Below, piece after piece: positions 1 to 8,185 of a stretch of DNA of 64,000 nt. The stretch is from Salinivirgaceae bacterium (GTDB taxonomy: Bacteria > Bacteroidota > Bacteroidia > Bacteroidales > SZUA-534). Location of the stretch: assembly GCA_024405635.1 (NCBI GenBank), contig JAKSOL010000014.1, positions 1-64,000 on the forward strand, written 5' to 3'. Under the pieces are notes generated by a model. The model was given only the letters and a program-made list of their open reading frames with translations, did no database searches and was not told the DNA's origin. The translations under genes and the position numbers were made by a program. Each line of letters starts with the position of its first letter. Position 1 is the first letter of the stretch.

Positions 1-54
1 AGCAACTTGTTCTATTTTACTGATTTGCTTATTTGCTTATATCGAACTCGCGTT
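1..54. mobile_element. Probable terminus of an IS982-family insertion sequence; the rest of the element lies outside the window
   Basis: The minus strand reads AACGCGAGTTCGATATAAG from 54 to 36, resembling (from memory) Bacteroidota IS982 terminal inverted repeats. It starts exactly where the T9SS C-terminal domain of the adjacent gene loses its consensus. No transposase is visible. Confidence 0.4.
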
Positions 55-2990
55 AGTATGTTGTAAATGCTGACTATTGAATTAGAACTATTGGTGCCAA
101 TGGTTATGTAATCCTTTGCAGGATTTGGTCTAACCCATACGTTTGAAGCTGAAGTTTCAGTTACAGCATCAGTGTTCTTTATGAAACTATGTTCTGAATA
201 AACAAAATCGGAAATAGGGTTGCGCAGACCAATGCGAAGTTTGAAGTTTGGTTGCTCAACACTCGATAGTAGGCCGTCAAGGCTGCTGATAGTGTCGCTT
301 GTGGCAAAATCGTTGTAGCTTATTACATAAATGGTGTCTGTTACGTAGGCGTAACTAGGCGTTGGGAAAATGCTATTCAACTTCAAATTTGTTGCGCTTG
401 ATTTGTATTCGACGTCGCCAGAGTAGGGCAAAAAATCGTTATTTACAGATATATAAGATTTTACACTCTCAATTGGAATAACAAAGTTTTGTGGCTTGTG
501 AATACCAATCACTTCTTGCCAAGCCTTGGGTATGGTTGTTACACCTTGTGGCAAGTACTTTATTATTGATTCGGCATCGTAAAAAGTGTACATCAATTCT
601 GGACTAGATAATTTGTTTGGGTCGGAACCTAAATGAACTTCTTTAAGAGAACTGCAGTTGCTAAATGTTAAGCCAAAATCGGTGATGTTAGTTAGATTCT
701 CAAAATTTTTAAGTGTGTGTAGTTTTCCATCGCCAGTTAGTAATTGGTAGGCACTAACATTAATTGATACTTCTTTTTCGGGAAGTATTAATTCTCTAAG
801 ATTCCAACAGTATCCAAACAAACCATTCATGTTGATTAGAGTGTCTGAAAAGGTTATTTGTGACATGTCAACCTTCATTAATCTATTGTCACCAATGCCA
901 TTGTAGTGCCAATTGTCTCGTTGTGATGACATTGAATTGCCCAAGTGTTGTATGTCAGCATTTGTCCAAGTTCCATACATTATTATTGAGTCGGTTTGAT
1001 CTTTTATTTGATATGCAGGCAAGTTGCTTGGTTTATAGATTTTTGCCGAATTGTCGCTATATACAATTACCATGTTTGCAATAGGGGTTAAGTTGACGGC
1101 ATTGGAAAAAGCAAACTCAGTAGTGTGTTTGTTTTTGAATCCAACGCGCAATTTGTAGTCAACTAACAAGTTGGTGTCAATTTTGGAAAAACTATCGGTG
1201 TTACAAGTAATGATGTTGTTGTTGAACCCATCGTTGCTTATTTGCCACAAAAAGTCGGAGGCGCAAACGTATGATGGTGAATATGTTATGCTATCGGCTG
1301 ATGGTAATGCTATACATCTGTCGGCAAAAAACTCAATAGGACCAGACAGAGTTACATTATCTATTGGTAAAACAAAATTGTTGAACTTGTGCCAAACGGT
1401 AGGAATTGAAACTACAGAGTCTGGCATGTACTTTATTGCATTGCAATCGGTGAATGCATTAACTAGCGATAGAGAATCGTATTTGTTTGGATCTACTCCT
1501 AAATGAATCTCTTCTAGCTGCCAACAATTGCTAAATATGTATTTCAAACTGACAAGATTTGTCAGCTTTTCCATGTTTTCAATCCTTTTAATAGATGGGT
1601 TAAGCAACGTTCCATGTATGTCAAAATCTATTGGTTGGTCATAAATTGTATCGGGTAAAACTAGAACACTTAAACTACCCAAATAGAGACTTTTCCATTT
1701 GGTAACGTTATCAAAATAGGCTTTTGATAAATTGAGTTTCTGAGTTTGGTTGTTGTATTGGTATTCTATGCTTCCATTATCATTTTCTCTATAGTAGGTG
1801 AATGTGTAGTTATTAAGATTGTCTATTTGAGTTTGTGTTAGTTTTCCGGTTATTGTTACAGAGTCTGCATTTTCAAACAAACTAGGCCTAATATCTTTGT
1901 TTGTATATTCAACTACCGAATTGCCAAAGTAGGCAGTATAAATTGTTTGTGGTTCAAGTTTTACAATGTTGTTACTATATACATAATCGTTCATGCGGGC
2001 ATTTTTGCCACCCAAACGCAAACTGTATCCAATGTAGTTGCCAGTTAAACTGTCGGCTATGTTGTGTGTTGTATATGTTTCAAAACCGTCGTTGCTTAAT
2101 TGAAAAACGTAGTCGGTTGCAATTACATTTGTTGGGTAAATTATCAGTTGTGGAGAGTCAATAATGCCGCCATTTACTTCAATTCCAACGTTTTCGGCAA
2201 TGACAATACTATCAAATGGCATTACAAAGTTGCTATAAATTTTCCAGTTATCTGGTAATTCTGTAACCCCAATAGGCATCATTTTTATTGTTTTGTAGCA
2301 ATTATCAAATGTTCCATATGTATATATTGCTTTGTTTGGATCTGAACTAATGTGTATGGTGTCGATTTTGTTGCAAAAACTAAAAGTATAGCTCCAGTTT
2401 TTTACATCAACAAAATTTTCAAAGTTGATTACTTTTCTCAAATTATTACACTCTTCAAATGTGTTGCCAAAATCAATTGGGTTATTGTTGATTGAATCAG
2501 AAAATGCTATTGACTCCAATTTGTAGCATTGGTAAAAAGCGTATCCCAAGTTGGTTATGTTGTTGAGGTTCTTTAAGTTTTCAATATGCATCAAATTATT
2601 GCACTCATAAAAGGCTTTTTTAAGGTCTATTTTGTTGTTTACTTGTACCGATGGCCATATTACAGTTTCTAGGTTTGTGAAACGACCAAAAAAGTTATTA
2701 AATACATCTATCTCGTTGTCAATAAAATAGGCCTCTGACATGTCAAATTTTATAAGCGTGTTGTCGCTTGTTGTGTAGTTTGAAAAACCCGCTTTCATCA
2801 ACTCTAGGTCGGCAATTGACCATGCGCCAATTAGTTTCACAGTGTCGCTTGTTGTCCCATGTTGGCTGAAGTACAAAGGACTCACTTTCGACCAACTCCA
2901 TAAATTGCCAAAACTATAGTTGTATTTTACAACAACTTTTGGCTCTTGTATAATGTGCACGTTGTTTGTGCTGAATACGTAGTCGGTCAT
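12..2990 (-). CDS. BspA-like leucine-rich-repeat surface protein with truncated T9SS C-terminal domain (3' part of a frameshifted gene)
   Basis: Repeated AFYxCxxLxxI LRR motifs and three ~320-aa modules. The C-terminus VWVRPNPAKDYITI...IVSIYNIL is a T9SS CTD start that ends prematurely. No signal peptide of its own. Confidence 0.8.
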   Translation of the reverse strand: MTDYVFSTNNVHIIQEPKVVVKYNYSFGNLWSWSKVSPLYFSQHGTTSDTVKLIGAWSIADLELMKAGFSNYTTSDNTLIKFDMSEAYFIDNEIDVFNNFFGRFTNLETVIWPSVQVNNKIDLKKAFYECNNLMHIENLKNLNNITNLGYAFYQCYKLESIAFSDSINNNPIDFGNTFEECNNLRKVINFENFVDVKNWSYTFSFCNKIDTIHISSDPNKAIYTYGTFDNCYKTIKMMPIGVTELPDNWKIYSNFVMPFDSIVIAENVGIEVNGGIIDSPQLIIYPTNVIATDYVFQLSNDGFETYTTHNIADSLTGNYIGYSLRLGGKNARMNDYVYSNNIVKLEPQTIYTAYFGNSVVEYTNKDIRPSLFENADSVTITGKLTQTQIDNLNNYTFTYYRENDNGSIEYQYNNQTQKLNLSKAYFDNVTKWKSLYLGSLSVLVLPDTIYDQPIDFDIHGTLLNPSIKRIENMEKLTNLVSLKYIFSNCWQLEEIHLGVDPNKYDSLSLVNAFTDCNAIKYMPDSVVSIPTVWHKFNNFVLPIDNVTLSGPIEFFADRCIALPSADSITYSPSYVCASDFLWQISNDGFNNNIITCNTDSFSKIDTNLLVDYKLRVGFKNKHTTEFAFSNAVNLTPIANMVIVYSDNSAKIYKPSNLPAYQIKDQTDSIIMYGTWTNADIQHLGNSMSSQRDNWHYNGIGDNRLMKVDMSQITFSDTLINMNGLFGYCWNLRELILPEKEVSINVSAYQLLTGDGKLHTLKNFENLTNITDFGLTFSNCSSLKEVHLGSDPNKLSSPELMYTFYDAESIIKYLPQGVTTIPKAWQEVIGIHKPQNFVIPIESVKSYISVNNDFLPYSGDVEYKSSATNLKLNSIFPTPSYAYVTDTIYVISYNDFATSDTISSLDGLLSSVEQPNFKLRIGLRNPISDFVYSEHSFIKNTDAVTETSASNVWVRPNPAKDYITIGTNSSNSIVSIYNILTRVRYKQISKSVK

Positions 2991-3001
2991 TGATTGGTTT
3001 T

Positions 3002-3982
3002 TTATACCAACTCTGAGTTGATATCCAATGCAACTTTGGGGCAGATTGTCGTCAGGGTTATAGTCGGTGTATGTCTTAAAGTTTCGTTGCTCACGCGGAA
3101 AATTTTGTCAGTCAATGCGCAATATGTGGGAGTTGTTGTGATTGTGGGCAAAGTCAACTTTCCATAACTATCTAATGATGCGTTGCCATTTACTTCTATG
3201 TTGTTAATAGGCAAGACAAATATGTGGTAGTCTTTCCAACCGTTTGGCACTGTGGTGGCGGTATCGCAAAGAAAAACCAAAGGGTTACCATAAGAGGAAA
3301 ATGTTTTTTTGACAGCGTTGCCCGAAAGGTTGTAAACATCGGAGCCAATGTGTATCTCTTTTAATGAATAAGCATTGTAAAAAGTCTCTTCCCAACTAAT
3401 GACATTTGTAAGTTTATCGAGATTAATAATGTTTTCAAGATAGTTGCAAGAAAATGTTGAACTGAGCGATATTGGCTTGTTGTTTATCTCCGATGGGAGA
3501 ATAATGGTTTTAAATGCAGTGCTACCATTGAATGTACTAGTGTAGTTGGTTACGTTTTTAAACATCGACAAGTCAAGCACTGATGGACCTGTATATAGAA
3601 AGCTGAAAGTGCCTTCTAAGTTAACAGCAACAGTAACTGGAGATGTTGGCATTACTATCGATTCAAGTTTTTGGTTGTTACTGAAAAAATCAACAAATCC
3701 CGAAGTGATATTGTCGCTGAATGTGGCAGCGCTCATGTCAAATTTCTTAATAGGCGATATGGTGGCCCATTTTTTGTTGGCGTCGTATAATTTTTTCAAA
3801 TCGGCGTTGGTCCAATTCCCTGATATTATTATAGAGTCAGAATTGACCAAACAACCCGAAGTCAAGTTGCTGATTTCGTAAGTTGTTTTAATGTTGTTTT
3901 CATAGGCAACAATTGTTTGAGCCGAAAGACTGTGTGCACCAATGCCTAAGGCATAAACTAGCATTAAAATGTGTTTCTTCAT
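3002..3982 (-). CDS. BspA-like LRR surface protein, 5' part carrying the signal peptide (frameshifted from 12..2990)
   Basis: Signal peptide MKKHILMLVYALGIGAHSLSAQ and one LRR module homologous to those downstream. Homology continues in another frame after about 3084. Confidence 0.8.
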   Translation of the reverse strand: MKKHILMLVYALGIGAHSLSAQTIVAYENNIKTTYEISNLTSGCLVNSDSIIISGNWTNADLKKLYDANKKWATISPIKKFDMSAATFSDNITSGFVDFFSNNQKLESIVMPTSPVTVAVNLEGTFSFLYTGPSVLDLSMFKNVTNYTSTFNGSTAFKTIILPSEINNKPISLSSTFSCNYLENIINLDKLTNVISWEETFYNAYSLKEIHIGSDVYNLSGNAVKKTFSSYGNPLVFLCDTATTVPNGWKDYHIFVLPINNIEVNGNASLDSYGKLTLPTITTTPTYCALTDKIFRVSNETLRHTPTITLTTICPKVALDINSELV

Positions 3983-4076
3983 TATGGTTTATAGTGTTAA
4001 TTTATTATAAATCAATGTAAAATATATACAATGTGTATTCATTGCTAATAGTTGCTAAACTATAAAATATTAGGAC

Positions 4077-4108
4077 TATCTATCTGTCTATCTATCTATC
4101 TGTCTGCC
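4077..4108. repeat. Imperfect tetranucleotide microsatellite, (TATC/TGTC)7 plus TGCC
   Basis: TATC TATC TGTC TATC TATC TATC TGTC TGCC in the divergent intergenic region. Confidence 0.85.
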
Positions 4109-4188
4109 ATATTTATGAACAAATAGTAAACCAATGTTTGCCAACAACAAAAACACCTTAACTTTCGGCATCTATTAACTATATTTTT

Positions 4189-5997
4189 ATGAAACGACAT
4201 TTTTATTTCGCATTTGCTGCGCTATTGTTTGGCGCTTGCAGTCAGTCGGTACAAACCGCCCCTCAGTCAACCGTTGTGAATGCCGACGGAACCGTAACAT
4301 TTAACTATCGAAACGATAAAGCAAAACAAGTACAAGTCGATGTCCAATTTGCAGGACGCCACGCAATGGTAAAGGACTCGGCAACTGGCTTGTGGTCGCT
4401 TACCCTTGGTCCTGCAGCCCCCGACATGTATCCATATTGCTTTGTGGTTGATGGAGTTAGTGTTATGGATCCTGAAAATCAACAATGGTTCCCTAACGAA
4501 GGTTTCAAAAACTCTATTCTTGATATCCCAGCAAAAAATGCACCGCTCATTCATAGCATTCAAAATGTTCCTCATGGCAATGTTGAGTACATTTCATATT
4601 ATTCTGAATCGATTGGAACATACAATAATGCAATTGTTTATCTACCTCCAAAATACAATCAATCAGCAGATTCGTACCCAGTTTTCTATCTTATTAGTGG
4701 CACAACCGACACCGAAGAGGTATATTACAAAGTTGGTCGTATGAACTTTATCCTTGATAATTTAATTGCGCAAGGTGCTGCAAAAGAAATGATTGTGGTA
4801 CTTCCATACGGAAATCCAATGAAATTGATGAAGCAGCCAATGCAAGGAGCATCAATGTTTCGCGATTTTTTTACAGCCGATTTGGTTGGCGATTTAATGC
4901 CTTATGTTGAAAGTCACTACTGTACAATAAACGATCGCGACCATCGCGCTATTGGTGGTTTTTCGCGAGGCGGAAACCAAGGTCTTGCCGCCGGTTTAAC
5001 TAACCTTGACAAGTTCTCGTATCTTTGCTCGTATAGCTCGTTTACTTCAACTGCTTTGCCTAATGTGTACGATAATGCTGCCGAAACCAATGACAAATTG
5101 CATTTGTTTTGGTCTGGTGTAGGTACCGACGATTTCCTTTTCGGTAATGCGCGCGACTATACCGAATTTCTTGACCAAAAGGGCATTCGTTGCGTTAAAG
5201 AATATACTCACGATAAGTTTGGTCATACTTGGATGAATGCCAAGTATTTTCTTGATATTACTTACCGATTGCTATTTAACGAAGAGGCATCGGCAAAAGC
5301 AATGGCTAATGCGCAACCAACAATGGCTAAAACTGGCGAGGAGCAACAATTTACACCTGGTGTTATGGCACGTTTGTTTCCTCGCCCAATTTTGTCGCCA
5401 GAAATAAATGGTGCCAATGTAACATTCCGTATTAAAGCCGAAAACGCTGAAAACGTGCAACTTGTTGGCGAAATGCTTTCGCAACCAATGAACATGGAGC
5501 GCGACTCAGTAGGTGTGTGGAGCGCAACTGTAACAGGTTTAGCTGCTGAGGTTTATTGCTACAACTTTGTGGTTGATGGCACTCAAGTTGCCGATGCTCA
5601 AAACATGTATTTGGCTCCCGACAATGGCTTTAAACGTAGTATTCTCGATTTAACATCAACCGATAATCGTTACAACTATTCGCCAGTTTGCTATCAAGTT
5701 AAGGCCGATGGCTCAACTTTTGCCACCGTTGTTCCAAATGTTGAAAATAGTAGCGAGTTGCCTGCTGTTGCTTTGGTTGCTGGTGCAAACGATACGTTTG
5801 AGAGTTGGTTCAAAATTGCTCAAGCAAATAAAATTCTTGATGAAATGGTTGCTGATGGCAAGTGCAAACCTTGCGAATTGCGTTTGTTGCCATCGGGAAA
5901 GGTAGATGGAAAATTTAAAGCAGTACTTAATTCGGCCGATTATAAAACTTGGGCTGAGGCTCGCGCAGCTTTAGTTTCAGTACTCGAAAAATTGTAG
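4189..5997 (+). CDS. Lipoprotein carbohydrate esterase (CE1-like feruloyl/acetyl-xylan esterase) with two CBM48-like domains
   Basis: Lipobox LFGAC; CBM48-like VTFNY..W..Y.YCFVVDG; nucleophile elbow GFSRGG; catalytic His in GHTW; a second CBM48 and a truncated esterase remnant at the C-terminus. Confidence 0.85.
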   Translation: MKRHFYFAFAALLFGACSQSVQTAPQSTVVNADGTVTFNYRNDKAKQVQVDVQFAGRHAMVKDSATGLWSLTLGPAAPDMYPYCFVVDGVSVMDPENQQWFPNEGFKNSILDIPAKNAPLIHSIQNVPHGNVEYISYYSESIGTYNNAIVYLPPKYNQSADSYPVFYLISGTTDTEEVYYKVGRMNFILDNLIAQGAAKEMIVVLPYGNPMKLMKQPMQGASMFRDFFTADLVGDLMPYVESHYCTINDRDHRAIGGFSRGGNQGLAAGLTNLDKFSYLCSYSSFTSTALPNVYDNAAETNDKLHLFWSGVGTDDFLFGNARDYTEFLDQKGIRCVKEYTHDKFGHTWMNAKYFLDITYRLLFNEEASAKAMANAQPTMAKTGEEQQFTPGVMARLFPRPILSPEINGANVTFRIKAENAENVQLVGEMLSQPMNMERDSVGVWSATVTGLAAEVYCYNFVVDGTQVADAQNMYLAPDNGFKRSILDLTSTDNRYNYSPVCYQVKADGSTFATVVPNVENSSELPAVALVAGANDTFESWFKIAQANKILDEMVADGKCKPCELRLLPSGKVDGKFKAVLNSADYKTWAEARAALVSVLEKL

Positions 5998-6249
5998 AAC
6001 ACTAATTGCGTTAACAGAAAAGAGTCTTAAGGATTTTCTTAAGGCTCTTTTATTTATTGAGAGGTGTCTATTGATTATTTCTGTAAATCGTTCATAACCA
6101 TTTAAAATGGTTTCTTGTTCAAATCCCAATTGCTTGTATTTAAAGATACCATCGGTGTCAACAATTACAAAGAATGGCATGCCGATAGCAAAAGCGCACG
6201 TAGCGGTAAGATAAATCGTTTCATAATGGTTAAATGAATTGAAAATCAA
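5977..6249 (-). pseudogene. Possible remnant of a TlpA/thioredoxin-like protein (C-terminal part only)
   Basis: GMPFFVIVDTDGIFKYKQLGF resembles the cis-Pro strand-hairpin of TlpA/AhpC-fold proteins. No CxxC or N-terminal part. Confidence 0.4.
6018..6051. terminator. Intrinsic terminator after the esterase, probably bidirectional
   Basis: AAAAGAGTCTTAAG-loop-CTTAAGGCTCTTTT. Confidence 0.75.
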
Positions 6250-6363
6250 TACTCAAAGTTAGGAAATTAGGGTGGGAAAAGAGTTGAACTTATTTGTATT
6301 GAATCTAGTGATAATGAGCAAGTTGTGATGGTGGATAAGGGGATTTTTGAAATGGATAGAAAC

Positions 6364-6396
6364 AAAAAAGCCTCGCTTAAATAAGCAAGGCTATTT
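6364..6396 (-). terminator. Intrinsic terminator downstream of tRNA-Lys
   Basis: AAAAAAGCCTCGCTT-AAAT-AAGCAAGGCT hairpin with a U-tract on the minus strand. Confidence 0.7.
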
Positions 6397-6404
6397 GTCT
6401 TTTG

Positions 6405-6477
6405 TGATCCAGCTGGGGCTCGAACCCAGGACCCCATCCTTAAAAGGGATGTGCTCTACCTGCTGAGCTACTGAATC
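6405..6477 (-). tRNA. tRNA-Lys(TTT)
   Basis: Minus strand GATTCAG-TAGCTCAGCAGGTAGAGC-A-CATCC-CT[TTT]AA-GGATG-GGGTC-CTGGG-TTCGAGC-CCCAG-CTGGATC-A forms a full 73-nt cloverleaf. CCA is not encoded. Confidence 0.97.
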
Positions 6478-6834
6478 TTTCCCTCAAAAGCGTTGCAAAG
6501 ATACTGCCTATTTTTGTTTTTGCAAGTATCTGATGTTAAAATTTTAATATTTTTTTGTTTTCGTTTATTTTATTTCGCAATACATTAATTTATAGATAGT
6601 TATGGCGTGCAATAAAAATCGGGTAGCGAAAAATGTCTTAGTCAATAGTTTTTGCACTTATATATAAATACAATTTTTAGCGCTAATAAGTGGAGTTTTT
6701 GTTGTTGGAGTTTGTTTTGCGACGTGCAAATAATTGCTAAATTGGTCCCGTATTTTGCGTGTGCGATTAAGTATCATGTAATGTACTTGTAAATAACTGA
6801 GATATAGGTAATTATATTGTAAATACATAAAATA

Positions 6835-8097
6835 ATGAAAGTTGATGTTTTGCTAGGTTTGCAATGGGGCGACGAGGGAAAAGGTAAAGTAGTTGACGTA
6901 CTTACACCTCGCTACGATGTTGTAACCCGTTTTCAAGGTGGCCCAAATGCTGGTCACACTCTTGAATTTAATGGTGAAAAGTATGTTTTGCGTTCAATTC
7001 CTTCGGGAATTTTCCAAGGCAACAAAGTGAATATTATTGGTAATGGTGTTGTTCTTGATCCTGCTTTGTTTAAGGCAGAGTCAGAGTCGCTTGCTAAATC
7101 GGGTCACGATCTTACCAAACGCTTGTTCATCTCGAAAAAAGCTCACCTTATTATGCCAACCCACCGTTTGCTCGATGCAGCTTATGAGGCTGCTAAGGGT
7201 AAGGATAAAGTTGGTACAACTGGTAAAGGTATTGGCCCTACCTACACCGATAAAATTAGCCGTAATGGTTTGCGTGTAGGCGATATACTAAACAACTTTG
7301 AGGCTAAATACAAAAAAGCTGTTGCGCGCCACGAGCAAATTCTTAAGTCATTAAACTTTGAGTACGATTTGGCATCGCTTGAACCTGAATGGTTTGCTGG
7401 TATTGAGTACTTGAAACAATTTCAATTGATTGACGCTGAGCATGTTGTTAATAAATTGATGAACGAAGGCAAATCGGTTTTGGCCGAAGGCGCTCAAGGT
7501 ACAATGCTCGATATCGATTTTGGTTCATATCCATTTGTAACATCGTCAAACACTATCTGTGCTGGAGCTTGCACTGGTTTGGGTGTTTCGCCTAATAAAA
7601 TTGGCGAGGTTTACGGCATTTTTAAAGCTTATTGTACTCGTGTTGGAGCAGGTCCGTTCCCTACAGAATTGTTTGATGAGGTTGGTGAGAAAATTGGAGC
7701 CATTGGCCATGAGTTTGGTGCTGTTACTGGTCGCAAACGTCGTTGCGGATGGCTTGACCTTGTTGCTCTTAAATATAGCATCATGATTAACGGTGTTACA
7801 AAACTTATTATGATGAAGAGTGATGTGCTCGACGATTTTGATGTTATTAAGGTTTGTGTTGGCTACAAAATCAATGGTGAGGTTGTAACTGATTTCCCTT
7901 ATGACATTGACGAGGTTGAGATTGAACCTGTTTACAAAGAATTTAAAGGTTGGAAGAGCGATTTGACAAAAATTACCTCTGAAAGCCAATTCCCTACAGA
8001 GTTTGCCGACTATATCAAGTTTATTGAAACTGAAACAGGCGTTCCTGTTAAAATTGTTTCTGTTGGACCTGATCGTGAGGCAACAATTGAAAGATAA
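6835..8097 (+). CDS. purA: Adenylosuccinate synthetase
   Basis: GLQWGDEGKGK, GGPNAGHT, GIGPTY and EGAQG motifs. Confidence 0.98.
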   Translation: MKVDVLLGLQWGDEGKGKVVDVLTPRYDVVTRFQGGPNAGHTLEFNGEKYVLRSIPSGIFQGNKVNIIGNGVVLDPALFKAESESLAKSGHDLTKRLFISKKAHLIMPTHRLLDAAYEAAKGKDKVGTTGKGIGPTYTDKISRNGLRVGDILNNFEAKYKKAVARHEQILKSLNFEYDLASLEPEWFAGIEYLKQFQLIDAEHVVNKLMNEGKSVLAEGAQGTMLDIDFGSYPFVTSSNTICAGACTGLGVSPNKIGEVYGIFKAYCTRVGAGPFPTELFDEVGEKIGAIGHEFGAVTGRKRRCGWLDLVALKYSIMINGVTKLIMMKSDVLDDFDVIKVCVGYKINGEVVTDFPYDIDEVEIEPVYKEFKGWKSDLTKITSESQFPTEFADYIKFIETETGVPVKIVSVGPDREATIER

Positions 8098-8115
8098 TAA
8101 GTTGATTATCAATAT

Positions 8116-8149
8116 AAAACGGCGGGCTTTTAGCATCGCCGTTTTTTTT
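8116..8149 (+). terminator. Intrinsic terminator after purA
   Basis: AAAACGGCG...CGCCGTTTTTTTT. Confidence 0.75.
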
Positions 8150-8185
8150 GCTTTTTATTGAACCAAATTTGAATTTTTTTAGGAA

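Noticed and set aside
3075-3095. Programmed ribosomal frameshift or phase-variable homopolymer
   Set aside because: No clear slippery heptamer or long mononucleotide run at the junction.
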